64,000 nucleotides of DNA, from contig SLOE01000047.1 in NCBI GenBank assembly GCA_007132715.1, forward strand, positions 105,428-169,427. Reading direction: 5' to 3'. The notes under the pieces are model-generated. The model was not told the DNA's origin. It searched no databases and saw nothing but the letters and a program-made list of their open reading frames with translations. Shown here in pieces: positions 46,397 to 56,039 of the stretch. This DNA comes from Bacteroidales bacterium. GTDB lineage: Bacteria; Bacteroidota; Bacteroidia; Bacteroidales; PUMT01. The position numbers and the translations under genes are program-made. How positions within the stretch are numbered: position 1 is the first letter of the stretch; each line of letters begins with the position of its first letter.

Positions 46397-48031
46397 TCAG
46401 CGAATGATTTCCAGCAAGGGTGAACCCGTTGAGTAAGCCGGCCGCGGTATATTCAGCAGTATTGACACTGTCGGGACAATATCCCTAACTGAAACCTCTC
46501 GCTTTATCTCATTATGCTCCATATTCCAGCCATAGAAAACCAGCGGCACATGTGGATCGTAATCAACAAGTTCAATGCCGTCGCCCGAAACACTCCTTTC
46601 ATACCAGCCCTGGCGGAGATATATCATTATATCGCCCGAGCGCGCCCTGTGGAAGCCGGATTGCACCCTTGCGTTGATGCCTGAATTAAAAAAGTTCCTG
46701 CTCAGGACATCCTCACTCACTGCACCGGCCACACCCGAAAGCTGGACGAGGAACCTGGCGCCCCTCTCCTGAATCTCTGCCAGGGGGATATTGCTCCGCT
46801 CTATCAGGTCATGGTTCAGATAAACCATACCGGCATTATAGGCCTGGACCCAGTCTCCCTCACCATAGCTCACGTTCAGGTAGCTTCTTAGAAGTGTCAT
46901 CGCTATTCCGGGACTGAATATTCCGGAGGGCTGCCGGGCCGTCTGCCGGTATGTTTCAGGGAAACCTGCCCCGCTGTCGGATGTAAGGAATACCAGAACG
47001 TTTGTCCTGCCCAGATGATCATCCAGGAAACGGAGGAGATGAGCTATATCACGGTCAAGCCTTATGTACGCATCCTGCAGTTCAGCAGAAAATGTCCCGT
47101 AATACCGGCCTATTTCAGCAGTTGCTGCAAATCCTATCATTATGACATCGGTACTGCCGCCTTTGCCAAGACCCTCATTAATGATAAGGTTTTGCACAAA
47201 ATCCCCCGTAAAGGTATTTCCGTATGGTGTCCGCCTCATTAACCTGTAATCATCACCCCTCCTGCGCATGCGCCTGAGGTCGTGCCTGAAGGGCCCGGTA
47301 CTTTTTCCTGTTACTTCAGGCCTGTATGACTGCCAGTGGGCGACAGGTTCCCATACCCTGCCAAGGTAGGTATCAGGAAGCATGGCGTTGTTGAACTCTT
47401 TAACCCATGAAGGAAGCGAATCGATATAAAAGGTGCTGGTCATCCAGGAACCGCTTACATTATCATACCACCATGAGGTGTTGGCAGAATAGCCTCCTGC
47501 CAGTATTGCGGCATCATCATTAAGTGATACCGAAAAAAAACGTGACCGGAAATCGGCCGACATCCGGAGCTCATCTCCAAAGGTACCAGACATCATAGAC
47601 AGGGGTGATCTCATTCCGTTCTGGAATGTTCCTCCTACTGCAGCCCTCTGCCCGTCATAAACCGGGTTCCTGAGCTCGTTTCTCAGACGGTCATACCAGG
47701 TACCGGCAATGATCCCGTGAACCGACGGATCAGAACCGGTTACAATGGTGGCATAGCCTGAAGCGGACTGGTTGACCATGTGCGAATAACGGGCATTGGT
47801 GAAGGATATGCCGCCGGAGAAGAGCCTTTGAAAACCGTCGTCTCCGAACATGTCCCACATCCTGTCAACATAATCAAACCTCATCCTGTCAACAACAATA
47901 CCTACAACAAGATCGGGCCTGTCACCCTCTCTCCCCTGGCCGCCATTTAGTTCCAATGCCCCGATTAAGCCGGTTAACATGAAAAAAACTACCCTATTCA
48001 ACACAGACATACCTTTGATTAAATTAAACAC
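46397..48031 (-). CDS. alkaline phosphatase / nucleotide pyrophosphatase superfamily protein (PafA-like)
   Basis: Signal peptide. VVGIVVDRMRFDY metal-site region. YATIVTGSDPSVHGI and FLTSDSG motifs. Size similar to PafA. Confidence 0.6.
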   Translation of the reverse strand: MFNLIKGMSVLNRVVFFMLTGLIGALELNGGQGREGDRPDLVVGIVVDRMRFDYVDRMWDMFGDDGFQRLFSGGISFTNARYSHMVNQSASGYATIVTGSDPSVHGIIAGTWYDRLRNELRNPVYDGQRAAVGGTFQNGMRSPLSMMSGTFGDELRMSADFRSRFFSVSLNDDAAILAGGYSANTSWWYDNVSGSWMTSTFYIDSLPSWVKEFNNAMLPDTYLGRVWEPVAHWQSYRPEVTGKSTGPFRHDLRRMRRRGDDYRLMRRTPYGNTFTGDFVQNLIINEGLGKGGSTDVIMIGFAATAEIGRYYGTFSAELQDAYIRLDRDIAHLLRFLDDHLGRTNVLVFLTSDSGAGFPETYRQTARQPSGIFSPGIAMTLLRSYLNVSYGEGDWVQAYNAGMVYLNHDLIERSNIPLAEIQERGARFLVQLSGVAGAVSEDVLSRNFFNSGINARVQSGFHRARSGDIMIYLRQGWYERSVSGDGIELVDYDPHVPLVFYGWNMEHNEIKREVSVRDIVPTVSILLNIPRPAYSTGSPLLEIIR

Positions 48032-48059
48032 TTAAAAATTAAAAATTACCCCCAACTGC

Positions 48060-49820
48060 TCAGTTTGTGATAAATATCTTCCGGCCAAGGAAGGAACCTC
48101 CGTAATCCATCCTTATGATATAAATACCCGGCCGTATACTGCCGGTATCAATCTTAAATATCTGCCTACCCGGACCGGCATGTCCCCTGTAAACATCCTT
48201 CAATTTTCTTCCCGCAGTGTCATAAAGGCCGATCATTACCGGCATCGCCGCGGGCAATACTGCTTCGGCATGTATCAGGCCGCCGGTGGCGGACCGGATC
48301 TCCAGGCTGGCATCAAATTCCCCATGCAGGTCGCGGGTATAGGTGGTAACCGGTTCGAGCTGCACTTTGAGAATGGTTGTATCACGGTTCCACACCTGCA
48401 CATTGTCAAATTGCCTGCTGTGATAACCATCGGCAGAAAAAACAATGTCATAGGTCCCCTCAACAGCCAGCCGGAAATACCAGCCGGTAGAATCACAAGA
48501 GTATACATGTGATGAATCCCTGTCGTGACCCGGTATCTCTATCCTGGCTGCAACAGGGGAACCTGTTGCAGCATCTGTAACCTCTCCACGAAGCCCGAAC
48601 ATTGCCTGTTCCATGTAACCCAGAAGCGACCGCCAATTGTATTCCCAGTAATCCGGCAGCCTGCCGGGTGACGGATGCTTGGTGTCGCTGATCTCCATTG
48701 TAACCTCCCGGCCCCCGGTGTAGTAGGTGACAAAATCCTGCCTCCCACCGTTTATCTTGTACCAGCCGGCCCCGTGTGTAACCCCGCCGAGCAGGGTCAT
48801 ATATCCGGTCGGACTGTATTGCCAGGCTGTGTCAACGTATTCGCGGCATATGTAGTAAAACCATAAGTCGTCGGCATGGCGTCTGTCCCACGTATCCCAC
48901 GGATAATTCATTACCTCGGCCCCTGTATGGATATTGGCCGACAACAAAAAATGCTTCTCCTCCATCAGGTCCACCATAACAACTGTTTCGGGCTGACGGC
49001 CTTCAGTGGAATATTCAGTTTGGCCTGCCAGCGGGAAGTTCCTGTTAAGGTCGATATTATTCGCATTTCTTCGCCTGGGAGAGACTATTGTATTGCTGTC
49101 ACCACCATAGTAGGCACCGTCAGGATTGGCCAGGGGATTTATCCATATCTCAACATTGTCAAGCAACCTCTCAACTTGAGGGTCACCGGGATACCCCACG
49201 AGAAGATATTCAATAAGCCTGAGCATTAAAACGTATCCTACGGTCTCGTCACCGTGCATTGTCGATGAATACATCAAACGGGGCCTGGGATGATCATGTT
49301 TCCTGTTGCCGGTTAATACCAGGAACAGGATACTCCGTCCCTCAACAGTGCTGCCGGCATCAACCAGGGTACAGATATCCGGGTACTCTTCCGCCCATGA
49401 TTCCATCATGTCAACATATTCTGAATAGAGCGGATAATAGTTCCATTCTCCCTTGACGGGGAAGAGAACGTCCTTGTCTGTTTCCCGCTCATCCTGCCAG
49501 TACCCCGCCGGCAGAATAACCGAAAACGGGATACCCTCTCCAAGGAATAATTCAAACTCGGTACTGCAGGCATTGGCAATTACCTTATCGCCCGAATAGC
49601 TGCAAACCGACATCATATTGCCCAGCCGGTTAACCTCTTCCGAAGTGGCAGCAAAGCTGAAATAGACTTCACCCCTCTCACTCAGCAATTGCCGGGCCAT
49701 GACCGTATCATTTTCATGGACCTCCTGTGAATTGGCTACCTGTAATATTGTCAGCGCAGCCAGCAGGGCAATGAGCCGGCAGGATGCAGTGGGTCTCCTT
49801 ATATAAGATTCCTGATCCAT
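48060..49820 (-). CDS. M14 zinc carboxypeptidase with T9SS C-terminal sorting domain
   Basis: Zinc motif SSTMHGDETVG, NPDG and NRNF motifs. The C-terminal ~80 aa resemble a Por/T9SS CTD (GIYIIRMDYGGSFLGRKIFITN). Confidence 0.75.
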   Translation of the reverse strand: MDQESYIRRPTASCRLIALLAALTILQVANSQEVHENDTVMARQLLSERGEVYFSFAATSEEVNRLGNMMSVCSYSGDKVIANACSTEFELFLGEGIPFSVILPAGYWQDERETDKDVLFPVKGEWNYYPLYSEYVDMMESWAEEYPDICTLVDAGSTVEGRSILFLVLTGNRKHDHPRPRLMYSSTMHGDETVGYVLMLRLIEYLLVGYPGDPQVERLLDNVEIWINPLANPDGAYYGGDSNTIVSPRRRNANNIDLNRNFPLAGQTEYSTEGRQPETVVMVDLMEEKHFLLSANIHTGAEVMNYPWDTWDRRHADDLWFYYICREYVDTAWQYSPTGYMTLLGGVTHGAGWYKINGGRQDFVTYYTGGREVTMEISDTKHPSPGRLPDYWEYNWRSLLGYMEQAMFGLRGEVTDAATGSPVAARIEIPGHDRDSSHVYSCDSTGWYFRLAVEGTYDIVFSADGYHSRQFDNVQVWNRDTTILKVQLEPVTTYTRDLHGEFDASLEIRSATGGLIHAEAVLPAAMPVMIGLYDTAGRKLKDVYRGHAGPGRQIFKIDTGSIRPGIYIIRMDYGGSFLGRKIFITN

Positions 49821-49832
49821 AACCCGGGAGTT

Positions 49833-50924
49833 TTATACGTTAAACCTTATATTGAGCAAGTCGCCGTCTTTTACCTCATAATTCCGGCCCTCGACCGAAA
49901 GCTTTCCCTTATCCCTGCATGCAGCCTCAGAGCCAAGTGAGACGAAATCATCATACGCGATCACCTCGGCCCTGATAAAGCCTCTCTCAAGGTCACTATG
50001 GATGACCCCCGCAGCCTGCTGGGCTGTCATACCCGCCCTGATGGTCCACGCCCTGACCTCTTTCGGACCTACAGTAAAGAATGTCCGCAGGTCAAGAAGC
50101 CTGTATGCCGCCCTTATTATACGGTTGACACCCGGTTCAGCCAGTCCCATATCCTGAAGAAACGCCTTGCGGTCCTCTTCGCTCTCAAGCTCGGCAATAT
50201 CGGCTTCAACGGCTGCTGCCACGGTAAGCACCTCTGCATGTTCCCCTTCAAGAGCCTTTTCGACCTGCCGGGAATATCTGTTTCCGACTGCAGCAGAAGC
50301 CTCATCAACATTGCATATATAGATGACCGGCTTGTCCGACAACAGGAACAGATCGCCTGCATGCAGCCTCGCACCCGTATCAAGCGGTACGGTGCGTGCC
50401 GGTCTGAACGATTCCAGGTGTTCCCTGTAAACAGCCAGCACCCCTGCAGCCTTCCCGGCCTCCTTATCACCTATTCTGACAAGCTTTTCCACCTTCTCAA
50501 GCTTCCTGCCTGCAGATTCAAGGTCCTTAACCTGGAGTTCAAGGTTGACCGTCTCAATATCACGCACGGGGTCAACTGACCCTTCAACATGGGGAAGTGC
50601 ATCGTCATCAAAACACCGTACCACATGCAACAGGGCATCGGTATTCCTTACATCGGCAAGAAACCTGCTACCCTGTCCGGCACCTCCTCCTTTTGCCAGA
50701 CCCGGTATATCGACAAACTCGATGGTGGTATGTACGATCTTTTTGGTGGGCTGCAGCTCCGCAAGCCTGTAAAGCCGGCTGTCGGGCACATGCACCACTC
50801 CCAGGTTCGATCTTGTTGCGCTGAATGCCGCTGTCGACGATTCTGCCCTTGTGTTCGACATACAGTTGAACAGGGTGGTTTTACCTGAATTTGTAAGCCC
50901 TACGATTCCGCATTTTAAAGCCAT
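49833..50924 (-). CDS. ychF: redox-regulated ATPase YchF
   Basis: MALKCGIVGLTNSGKTTLFN and a C-terminal TGS domain (DGDLLNIRFNV). Start chosen at 50924. The track ORF begins 10 codons upstream. Confidence 0.9.
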   Translation of the reverse strand: MALKCGIVGLTNSGKTTLFNCMSNTRAESSTAAFSATRSNLGVVHVPDSRLYRLAELQPTKKIVHTTIEFVDIPGLAKGGGAGQGSRFLADVRNTDALLHVVRCFDDDALPHVEGSVDPVRDIETVNLELQVKDLESAGRKLEKVEKLVRIGDKEAGKAAGVLAVYREHLESFRPARTVPLDTGARLHAGDLFLLSDKPVIYICNVDEASAAVGNRYSRQVEKALEGEHAEVLTVAAAVEADIAELESEEDRKAFLQDMGLAEPGVNRIIRAAYRLLDLRTFFTVGPKEVRAWTIRAGMTAQQAAGVIHSDLERGFIRAEVIAYDDFVSLGSEAACRDKGKLSVEGRNYEVKDGDLLNIRFNV

Positions 50925-51193
50925 CCTTGTCCTGCTGTTATTATTCCTTTCCACTACTTTATGATACTGTACTGAGTGACCGTATCATAGTACTAAATAC
51001 TTCCCGGCAAATCATGTTCCAAATCAATGTATTCCGGCGCCAAGCGTTTGACACAACTGCTTTGCGACAATCGATCAGCAAAATTACTTTTTTATACCGT
51101 AATAATTTAAAAGGTGACCAAATTATTGGGGCAACAAAAAAAATTCTATTTTTACACACTTATCTGGCAAATCCAAAAAACCAACAAAACGAA

Positions 51194-53260
51194 ATGGACA
51201 GAAAACTGACTGACAAGGCATCTGACAATATCCGCATACTCTCGGCGGCAATGGTCGAAAAGGCAAAATCAGGACATCCCGGCGGAGCTATGGGTGGAGC
51301 GGACTTTATCAATATTCTCTATTCGGAGTTCCTTCGTTTCGACCCCGACGACATGGAGTGGTTTCTGAGGGACAGATTTTTCCTTGACCCGGGCCATATG
51401 TCCCCCATGCTGTATTCTGCGCTGTGCCTTACCGGGCACTTCTCGACAGACGACCTGAAAAACTTCAGGCAGTGGGGCAGTCCTACCCCGGGCCATCCCG
51501 AAAAGGATCCTGCCAGGGGCATTGAGAACACTTCCGGGCCGCTCGGACAGGGGCACACAATAGCTGTCGGCGCTGCAATAGCAGAACGGTTCCTGGCTGC
51601 CCGTTTCGGCGAATGGATGGCTCATAAGATATATACTTTTATTTCCGACGGCGGCGTTCAGGAGGAGATATCCCAGGGTGCCGGGCGCATAGCCGGTTAC
51701 CTGGGACTCAGCAACCTGATCATGTTCTATGATGCAAACGATATACAACTTTCCACAACCACCCGTGAGGTGACCAGCGAAGATACTGCAAAGAAGTATG
51801 AGGCATGGGGGTGGAAAGTGATCACCATTGACGGCAATAACCAGGATGAAATAAGGGATGCACTGAAAGCAGCCGGCCAGGAAGCCGGCAAGCCTGTGCT
51901 CATAATCGGGAAAACGGTCATGGGCAAGGGGTCGGTTACGGCCGACGGCAGCTCGTTCGAGGGAAAGCCGTCAACGCACGGACAGCCACTGTCAGCAGCG
52001 GGAGCCGATTTTGACAAGACCGTTATTAATCTTGGTGGAGATCCCTCTGATCCTGTCGCAGTATTCGACGAGGTCAAAGAGAATTACGCCGGGATGATGG
52101 ACAAAAAGAGGGCTGAGGCCGCACGCAGGAAAAAGGAGCAGCAGGAGTGGGAAAAAGATAACCCGGAACTGGCAAAAAAACTTGAGCAGTTCCTCTCCGT
52201 CACCATCCCGCCGGTTGACTATGCCAAAATAACCCAGAAGCCTGATATATCGACCAGGGCTGCCTCCGGTACGGTGCTGGGGCATTTTGCCAAAAATATA
52301 GAGAACATCATAGTCGCTTCGGCAGACCTGGCAAACAGCGATAAGACCGACGGGTTCCTCAAGGCTTCAAAACCATTTACCAGGGGAGACTTCACCGGGG
52401 CGTTCCTCCATGCCGGGGTATCTGAACTGACCCTTGCCGCCCTCGCAAACGGTATGGCGTTGCACGGAGGCGTTATTCCTGCCATAGGCACCTTTTTTGT
52501 CTTTTCCGATTATATGAAACCGGCAGTCAGGCTTGCCGCGCTTATGGAACTACCGGTAAAATACATATGGACCCACGACGCCTTCAGGGTGGGTGAAGAC
52601 GGTCCCACCCACCAGCCGGTTGAGCATGAGGCCCAGATCAGGTTGATGGAAGAGCTCAAAAACCATTCGGGAAAACCGAGTATGCTTGTCCTTCGCCCCG
52701 CCGACGCGGCAGAGACAACAGTTGCATGGAAAATGGCCATGGACAACACCGGCACACCCACCGCACTGATTCTCTCAAGGCAGAATATCAAAGATATTCC
52801 CGCTGCCGGAGATAAGGGGAGATACGAAGAGGCACTTGCCGCCTCCAAAGGAGCATATATTGTTACTGACGACGGGGGAACTCCCGACCTGATACTCGCT
52901 GGCAGCGGCTCGGAAGTTTCCACACTGGTGGGCGGAGCCGCACTGCTTCGCAGTGAAAAGGGGCTTAAGATAAGGGTGATCTCACTGATATCAGAGAGGC
53001 TCTTCCTCACCCAGGATGAGGAGTACAGGCACACTGTAATGCCCGGCGGTTTGCCGGTGTTCGGGCTGACGGCAGGACTGCCTTCGGTACTGAAAAATTT
53101 TACCGGACCGCGAGGGAAGGTATTCGGACTTGACCACTTCGGTTACTCGGCACCGGCAGGAGTGCTGGACGAAAAATTCGGGTTCACTCCCGAAAATGTC
53201 TTCAGGGAGGCAGTCCGCTACCTCGAAGAATATAAAAGCAAAAGCGGTACCGGCCGGTAG
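51194..53260 (+). CDS. tkt: transketolase
   Basis: KSGHPGGAMG, SDGGVQEEISQGA, and HDAFRVGEDGPTHQPVEH. Start chosen at 51194 (MDRKLTDKA). The 89 upstream codons of the track ORF look non-coding. Confidence 0.9.
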   Translation: MDRKLTDKASDNIRILSAAMVEKAKSGHPGGAMGGADFINILYSEFLRFDPDDMEWFLRDRFFLDPGHMSPMLYSALCLTGHFSTDDLKNFRQWGSPTPGHPEKDPARGIENTSGPLGQGHTIAVGAAIAERFLAARFGEWMAHKIYTFISDGGVQEEISQGAGRIAGYLGLSNLIMFYDANDIQLSTTTREVTSEDTAKKYEAWGWKVITIDGNNQDEIRDALKAAGQEAGKPVLIIGKTVMGKGSVTADGSSFEGKPSTHGQPLSAAGADFDKTVINLGGDPSDPVAVFDEVKENYAGMMDKKRAEAARRKKEQQEWEKDNPELAKKLEQFLSVTIPPVDYAKITQKPDISTRAASGTVLGHFAKNIENIIVASADLANSDKTDGFLKASKPFTRGDFTGAFLHAGVSELTLAALANGMALHGGVIPAIGTFFVFSDYMKPAVRLAALMELPVKYIWTHDAFRVGEDGPTHQPVEHEAQIRLMEELKNHSGKPSMLVLRPADAAETTVAWKMAMDNTGTPTALILSRQNIKDIPAAGDKGRYEEALAASKGAYIVTDDGGTPDLILAGSGSEVSTLVGGAALLRSEKGLKIRVISLISERLFLTQDEEYRHTVMPGGLPVFGLTAGLPSVLKNFTGPRGKVFGLDHFGYSAPAGVLDEKFGFTPENVFREAVRYLEEYKSKSGTGR

Positions 53261-53279
53261 CTGGTCCGGCCCTTTAAAC

Positions 53280-53303
53280 CTTTGACGGTTTTTCCGGTCA
53301 AAG
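53280..53303 (+). terminator. stem-loop after tkt
   Basis: ctttgacgg / ccggtcaaag, a 9-bp stem with one bulge and a TTTTT loop. No trailing T-tract. Confidence 0.3.
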
Positions 53304-53325
53304 CTGTAACATCAATAAACAGGCA

Positions 53326-53874
53326 ATGCAGGAACACAGTGACAGCGAACTGATCTCCCTGTTTCGTGACCCGGACCGGAAAAATTATGCCTTCAATATG
53401 ATAGTCAGGAAGTACCAGGAACGGCTTTACTGGCATATCAGGAAGATGGTTGTCGTACATGACGATGCCGACGATCTTCTCCAGAACAGCTTCATGAAAG
53501 CGTGGAAGGGCCTCGAAAATTTCAGGGAAGAATCGCAGCTTTACACATGGTTGTACAGGATTGCCACCAACGAGACCCTGTCATTCCTGAAAGAGAAGAA
53601 AAGGATATACTTCCTGCCTGTTGCCGATGTCGAAAATGAGTTGAGCTCCAAACTTGAGGGTGACGAGTATTTTGACGGCGATGATCTCCAGCTTAAATTG
53701 CAGAAAGCTATCCTCCTGCTTCCCAAAAAACAGAGGATAGTGTTCAATATGCGGTATTTTGACGAAATGAAATACGAGGACATGGCAGGAATACTGGATA
53801 CATCGGTAGGCGCACTGAAGGCCTCCTACCATCATGCAGCAAAAAAAATCGAGAATATCATCAGGGGCGATTAA
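53326..53874 (+). CDS. ECF-type RNA polymerase sigma-70 factor
   Basis: Region 2 (DADDLLQNSFMKAWK...TWLYRIATN) and region 4 (LPKKQRIVFNMRYFDEMKYEDMAGILDTSVGALKASYHHA). Confidence 0.85.
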   Translation: MQEHSDSELISLFRDPDRKNYAFNMIVRKYQERLYWHIRKMVVVHDDADDLLQNSFMKAWKGLENFREESQLYTWLYRIATNETLSFLKEKKRIYFLPVADVENELSSKLEGDEYFDGDDLQLKLQKAILLLPKKQRIVFNMRYFDEMKYEDMAGILDTSVGALKASYHHAAKKIENIIRGD

Positions 53875-53908
53875 ACCATAATGGACTCTTTATGTCAAAT
53901 ATTCAGTC

Positions 53909-54379
53909 ATGGAAGGAAAAGACAAAATAGAAAATTTACCGGGCGGCAAAGGGAGGGATAATCCTTTCAGGGTGCCCGAAGGATACTTCGACAGTTTCCC
54001 GGCCAGGCTGGCAGAAAGGTTGCAGGATGAACAACCTTCACCTGTAGCCGCAAAGCCTGGAATATGGCAGACCATTCGTCCGCAGCTGGCTCTCGCGGCA
54101 GCCATAACGGCATTTGCCGTTATCGGATACCTTGGTTTCAGGAGTTTCATCGAAACGGGTGACCAGTGGCTGAGCGATGAAGCTGTTGCCGGTTACCTTG
54201 AATACCACCAGCATGAATTCAGAGAGTATGAACTGCTTGGGCTCCTGGCTGAGGACGATTTCTACCTTGATGAGTACCCGGCAGACGGCTCATGGATATG
54301 GGATGATGATCCCGACCTCTATATAGAATATCTTTACCATGAAGAGATTGACCTTTACCTGATAATGACAGAGTTTTAA
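53909..54379 (+). CDS. putative single-pass anti-sigma factor / hypothetical protein
   Basis: It sits directly after the ECF sigma gene. It carries an NPFRVPEGYFDSF motif, one TM helix (LALAAAITAFAVIGYLGF) and an acidic C-terminal tail. No family assignment beyond context. Confidence 0.4.
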   Translation: MEGKDKIENLPGGKGRDNPFRVPEGYFDSFPARLAERLQDEQPSPVAAKPGIWQTIRPQLALAAAITAFAVIGYLGFRSFIETGDQWLSDEAVAGYLEYHQHEFREYELLGLLAEDDFYLDEYPADGSWIWDDDPDLYIEYLYHEEIDLYLIMTEF

Positions 54380-54395
54380 CCTAAAGCATACTACT

Positions 54396-54896
54396 ATGAT
54401 GACAAGATATATTTTTATAGCATTTTTCCTTATCCTCCCCCAGGCATATCTGGCTGCCCAGCAGCCTCAACGGTGGGGGCGGGCTGACTTCGAACAGGTG
54501 GAAGCTGAAAGAATTGCATTCCTGACCCGTTACCTTGAACTTACCAGTGATGAGGCAAAGGAGTTCTGGCCCGTTTATAATGACTACAGGAACCGGAGGG
54601 AATTGCTTACACAGGAGAGGCAATCCGCCGCCTGGTATTTTAACCAGAACTGGAGGAACCTTCAGGTGGATGAGATAGAGGAGATAGCCGACAAATTTAT
54701 CTCACTCCAGGTACAGGAGGCAAAGCTGTCGGAAGAATACCACGAAAAGTTCCGTTCGGTACTGCCGGCCGTTAAGGTTATGCGGCTATATGAAGCTGAG
54801 AACATGTTCAGGATGCAGCTTCTGAGGCGCGTAAGAGGTACAGGTGCCGGCGCTCCGGGGCGCGGACAGGGAGGGCCGCCGGGAAACAACCGGTGA
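54396..54896 (+). CDS. secreted helical protein (Spy/CpxP-like), third gene of the ECF unit
   Basis: Signal peptide ending AAQ. Helical repeats (LTSDEAKEFWPVYNDY...). Gly/Pro/Arg-rich tail. Confidence 0.35.
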   Translation: MMTRYIFIAFFLILPQAYLAAQQPQRWGRADFEQVEAERIAFLTRYLELTSDEAKEFWPVYNDYRNRRELLTQERQSAAWYFNQNWRNLQVDEIEEIADKFISLQVQEAKLSEEYHEKFRSVLPAVKVMRLYEAENMFRMQLLRRVRGTGAGAPGRGQGGPPGNNR

Positions 54897-54981
54897 TTTT
54901 CCAACTGACACTCCCTGACATGATGGTATGCCCTTCAGTTTACCCTGATCCGTGCATCCCAGCGAAACTAAAAAAAATTAG

Positions 54982-55012
54982 CGGTTGTATAATCATACGG
55001 CCGTTTTTTTTT
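54982..55012 (+). terminator. rho-independent terminator
   Basis: cgguuguau / auacggccg 9-bp stem (two G-U pairs), a 4-nt loop, then T9. Confidence 0.75.
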
Positions 55013-55151
55013 ATTGGGAGCGCACTTTACCGGTTTATTATTGGAAATTACGGGGGTTTATTAATTTTATAAAAAATTTGTTTTGAGAGATAACCACCAT
55101 CTCCTTTTCCGGTTATTCCGGTTTATAACCAGATAACATAAACCACCGTCA

Positions 55152-55949
55152 ATGATCAGAATAAAAAAGGTTGTTCACAATATTCTCGAGGTATCCGATC
55201 CGGATGACAAATTCGGTAAAACATTTGACATAATCCTCATAACACTTATCCTGCTCAATGTTGCTGCCCTTATACTGGAAACCGTTGACCCGGTAAACGC
55301 AGTTATGGGCGATTTCTTTTTCTGGTTCGAATTCTACTCGGTCATATTCTTTTCTTTTGAATACATACTGCGGTTATGGACAATCACCCTCAACCCCCGG
55401 TACTCGCGTCCTGTTACCGGCAGGCTAAGGTACATGGTCACGGCAATTGCCCTGATAGACCTGTTCGCCATACTGCCCTTCTTTATGCCGTTTCTCAATA
55501 TCGACCTGAGGTTTCTGAGGATCTTCAGGGTATTCAGAATATTCAGGCTCCTTAAGGTTGCAAGGTATTTCAAGGCCCTCAATCTCATGATCAAGGTCTT
55601 TCAGAATAAAAAAGAGGAGCTAGTGATGATGCTCACCTTTATCCTTTTTATGCTCGTTCTTTCAGCCTCACTTATGTATTACATAGAGAATGCCGCCCAG
55701 CCGGAGGCATTTGCCAGCATACCCGATGCCATGTGGTGGGGAATAGCGACCCTTACCACGGTCGGTTACGGTGATGTTTACCCGATAACAGCCCTGGGCC
55801 AGTTGCTGGGGGCTGTAATAGCAATCCTGGGGATAGGCTTTTTTGCCCTGCCCACGGGCATCCTGGCCGCAGGGTTTTCGGAGGAAGTCAGGAAAAACAA
55901 GGAGAGAGCGAACTCCTGCCCCCATTGCGGGAAAGAAATCCCTGAATAA
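55152..55949 (+). CDS. voltage-gated (6TM, KvAP-like) potassium channel
   Basis: S4 arginine ladder RFLRIFRVFRIFRLLKVARYFK. Selectivity filter TTVGYGD. Confidence 0.8.
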   Translation: MIRIKKVVHNILEVSDPDDKFGKTFDIILITLILLNVAALILETVDPVNAVMGDFFFWFEFYSVIFFSFEYILRLWTITLNPRYSRPVTGRLRYMVTAIALIDLFAILPFFMPFLNIDLRFLRIFRVFRIFRLLKVARYFKALNLMIKVFQNKKEELVMMLTFILFMLVLSASLMYYIENAAQPEAFASIPDAMWWGIATLTTVGYGDVYPITALGQLLGAVIAILGIGFFALPTGILAAGFSEEVRKNKERANSCPHCGKEIPE

Positions 55950-56039
55950 AAAAACTTAACATCTTACTGGTTGCATCAAAGCTGCCCGCCAGGGATCAGG
56001 CCGGTTTTCATCCGGGCATGGCAAATATTCCCATGACTT

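Noticed and set aside
50927-51193. 89-codon N-terminal extension of the transketolase ORF
   Set aside because: The extension (MSCCYYSFPLLYDTVLSD...) has no transketolase homology and overlaps the divergent promoter region. The canonical N-terminus starts at 51194.
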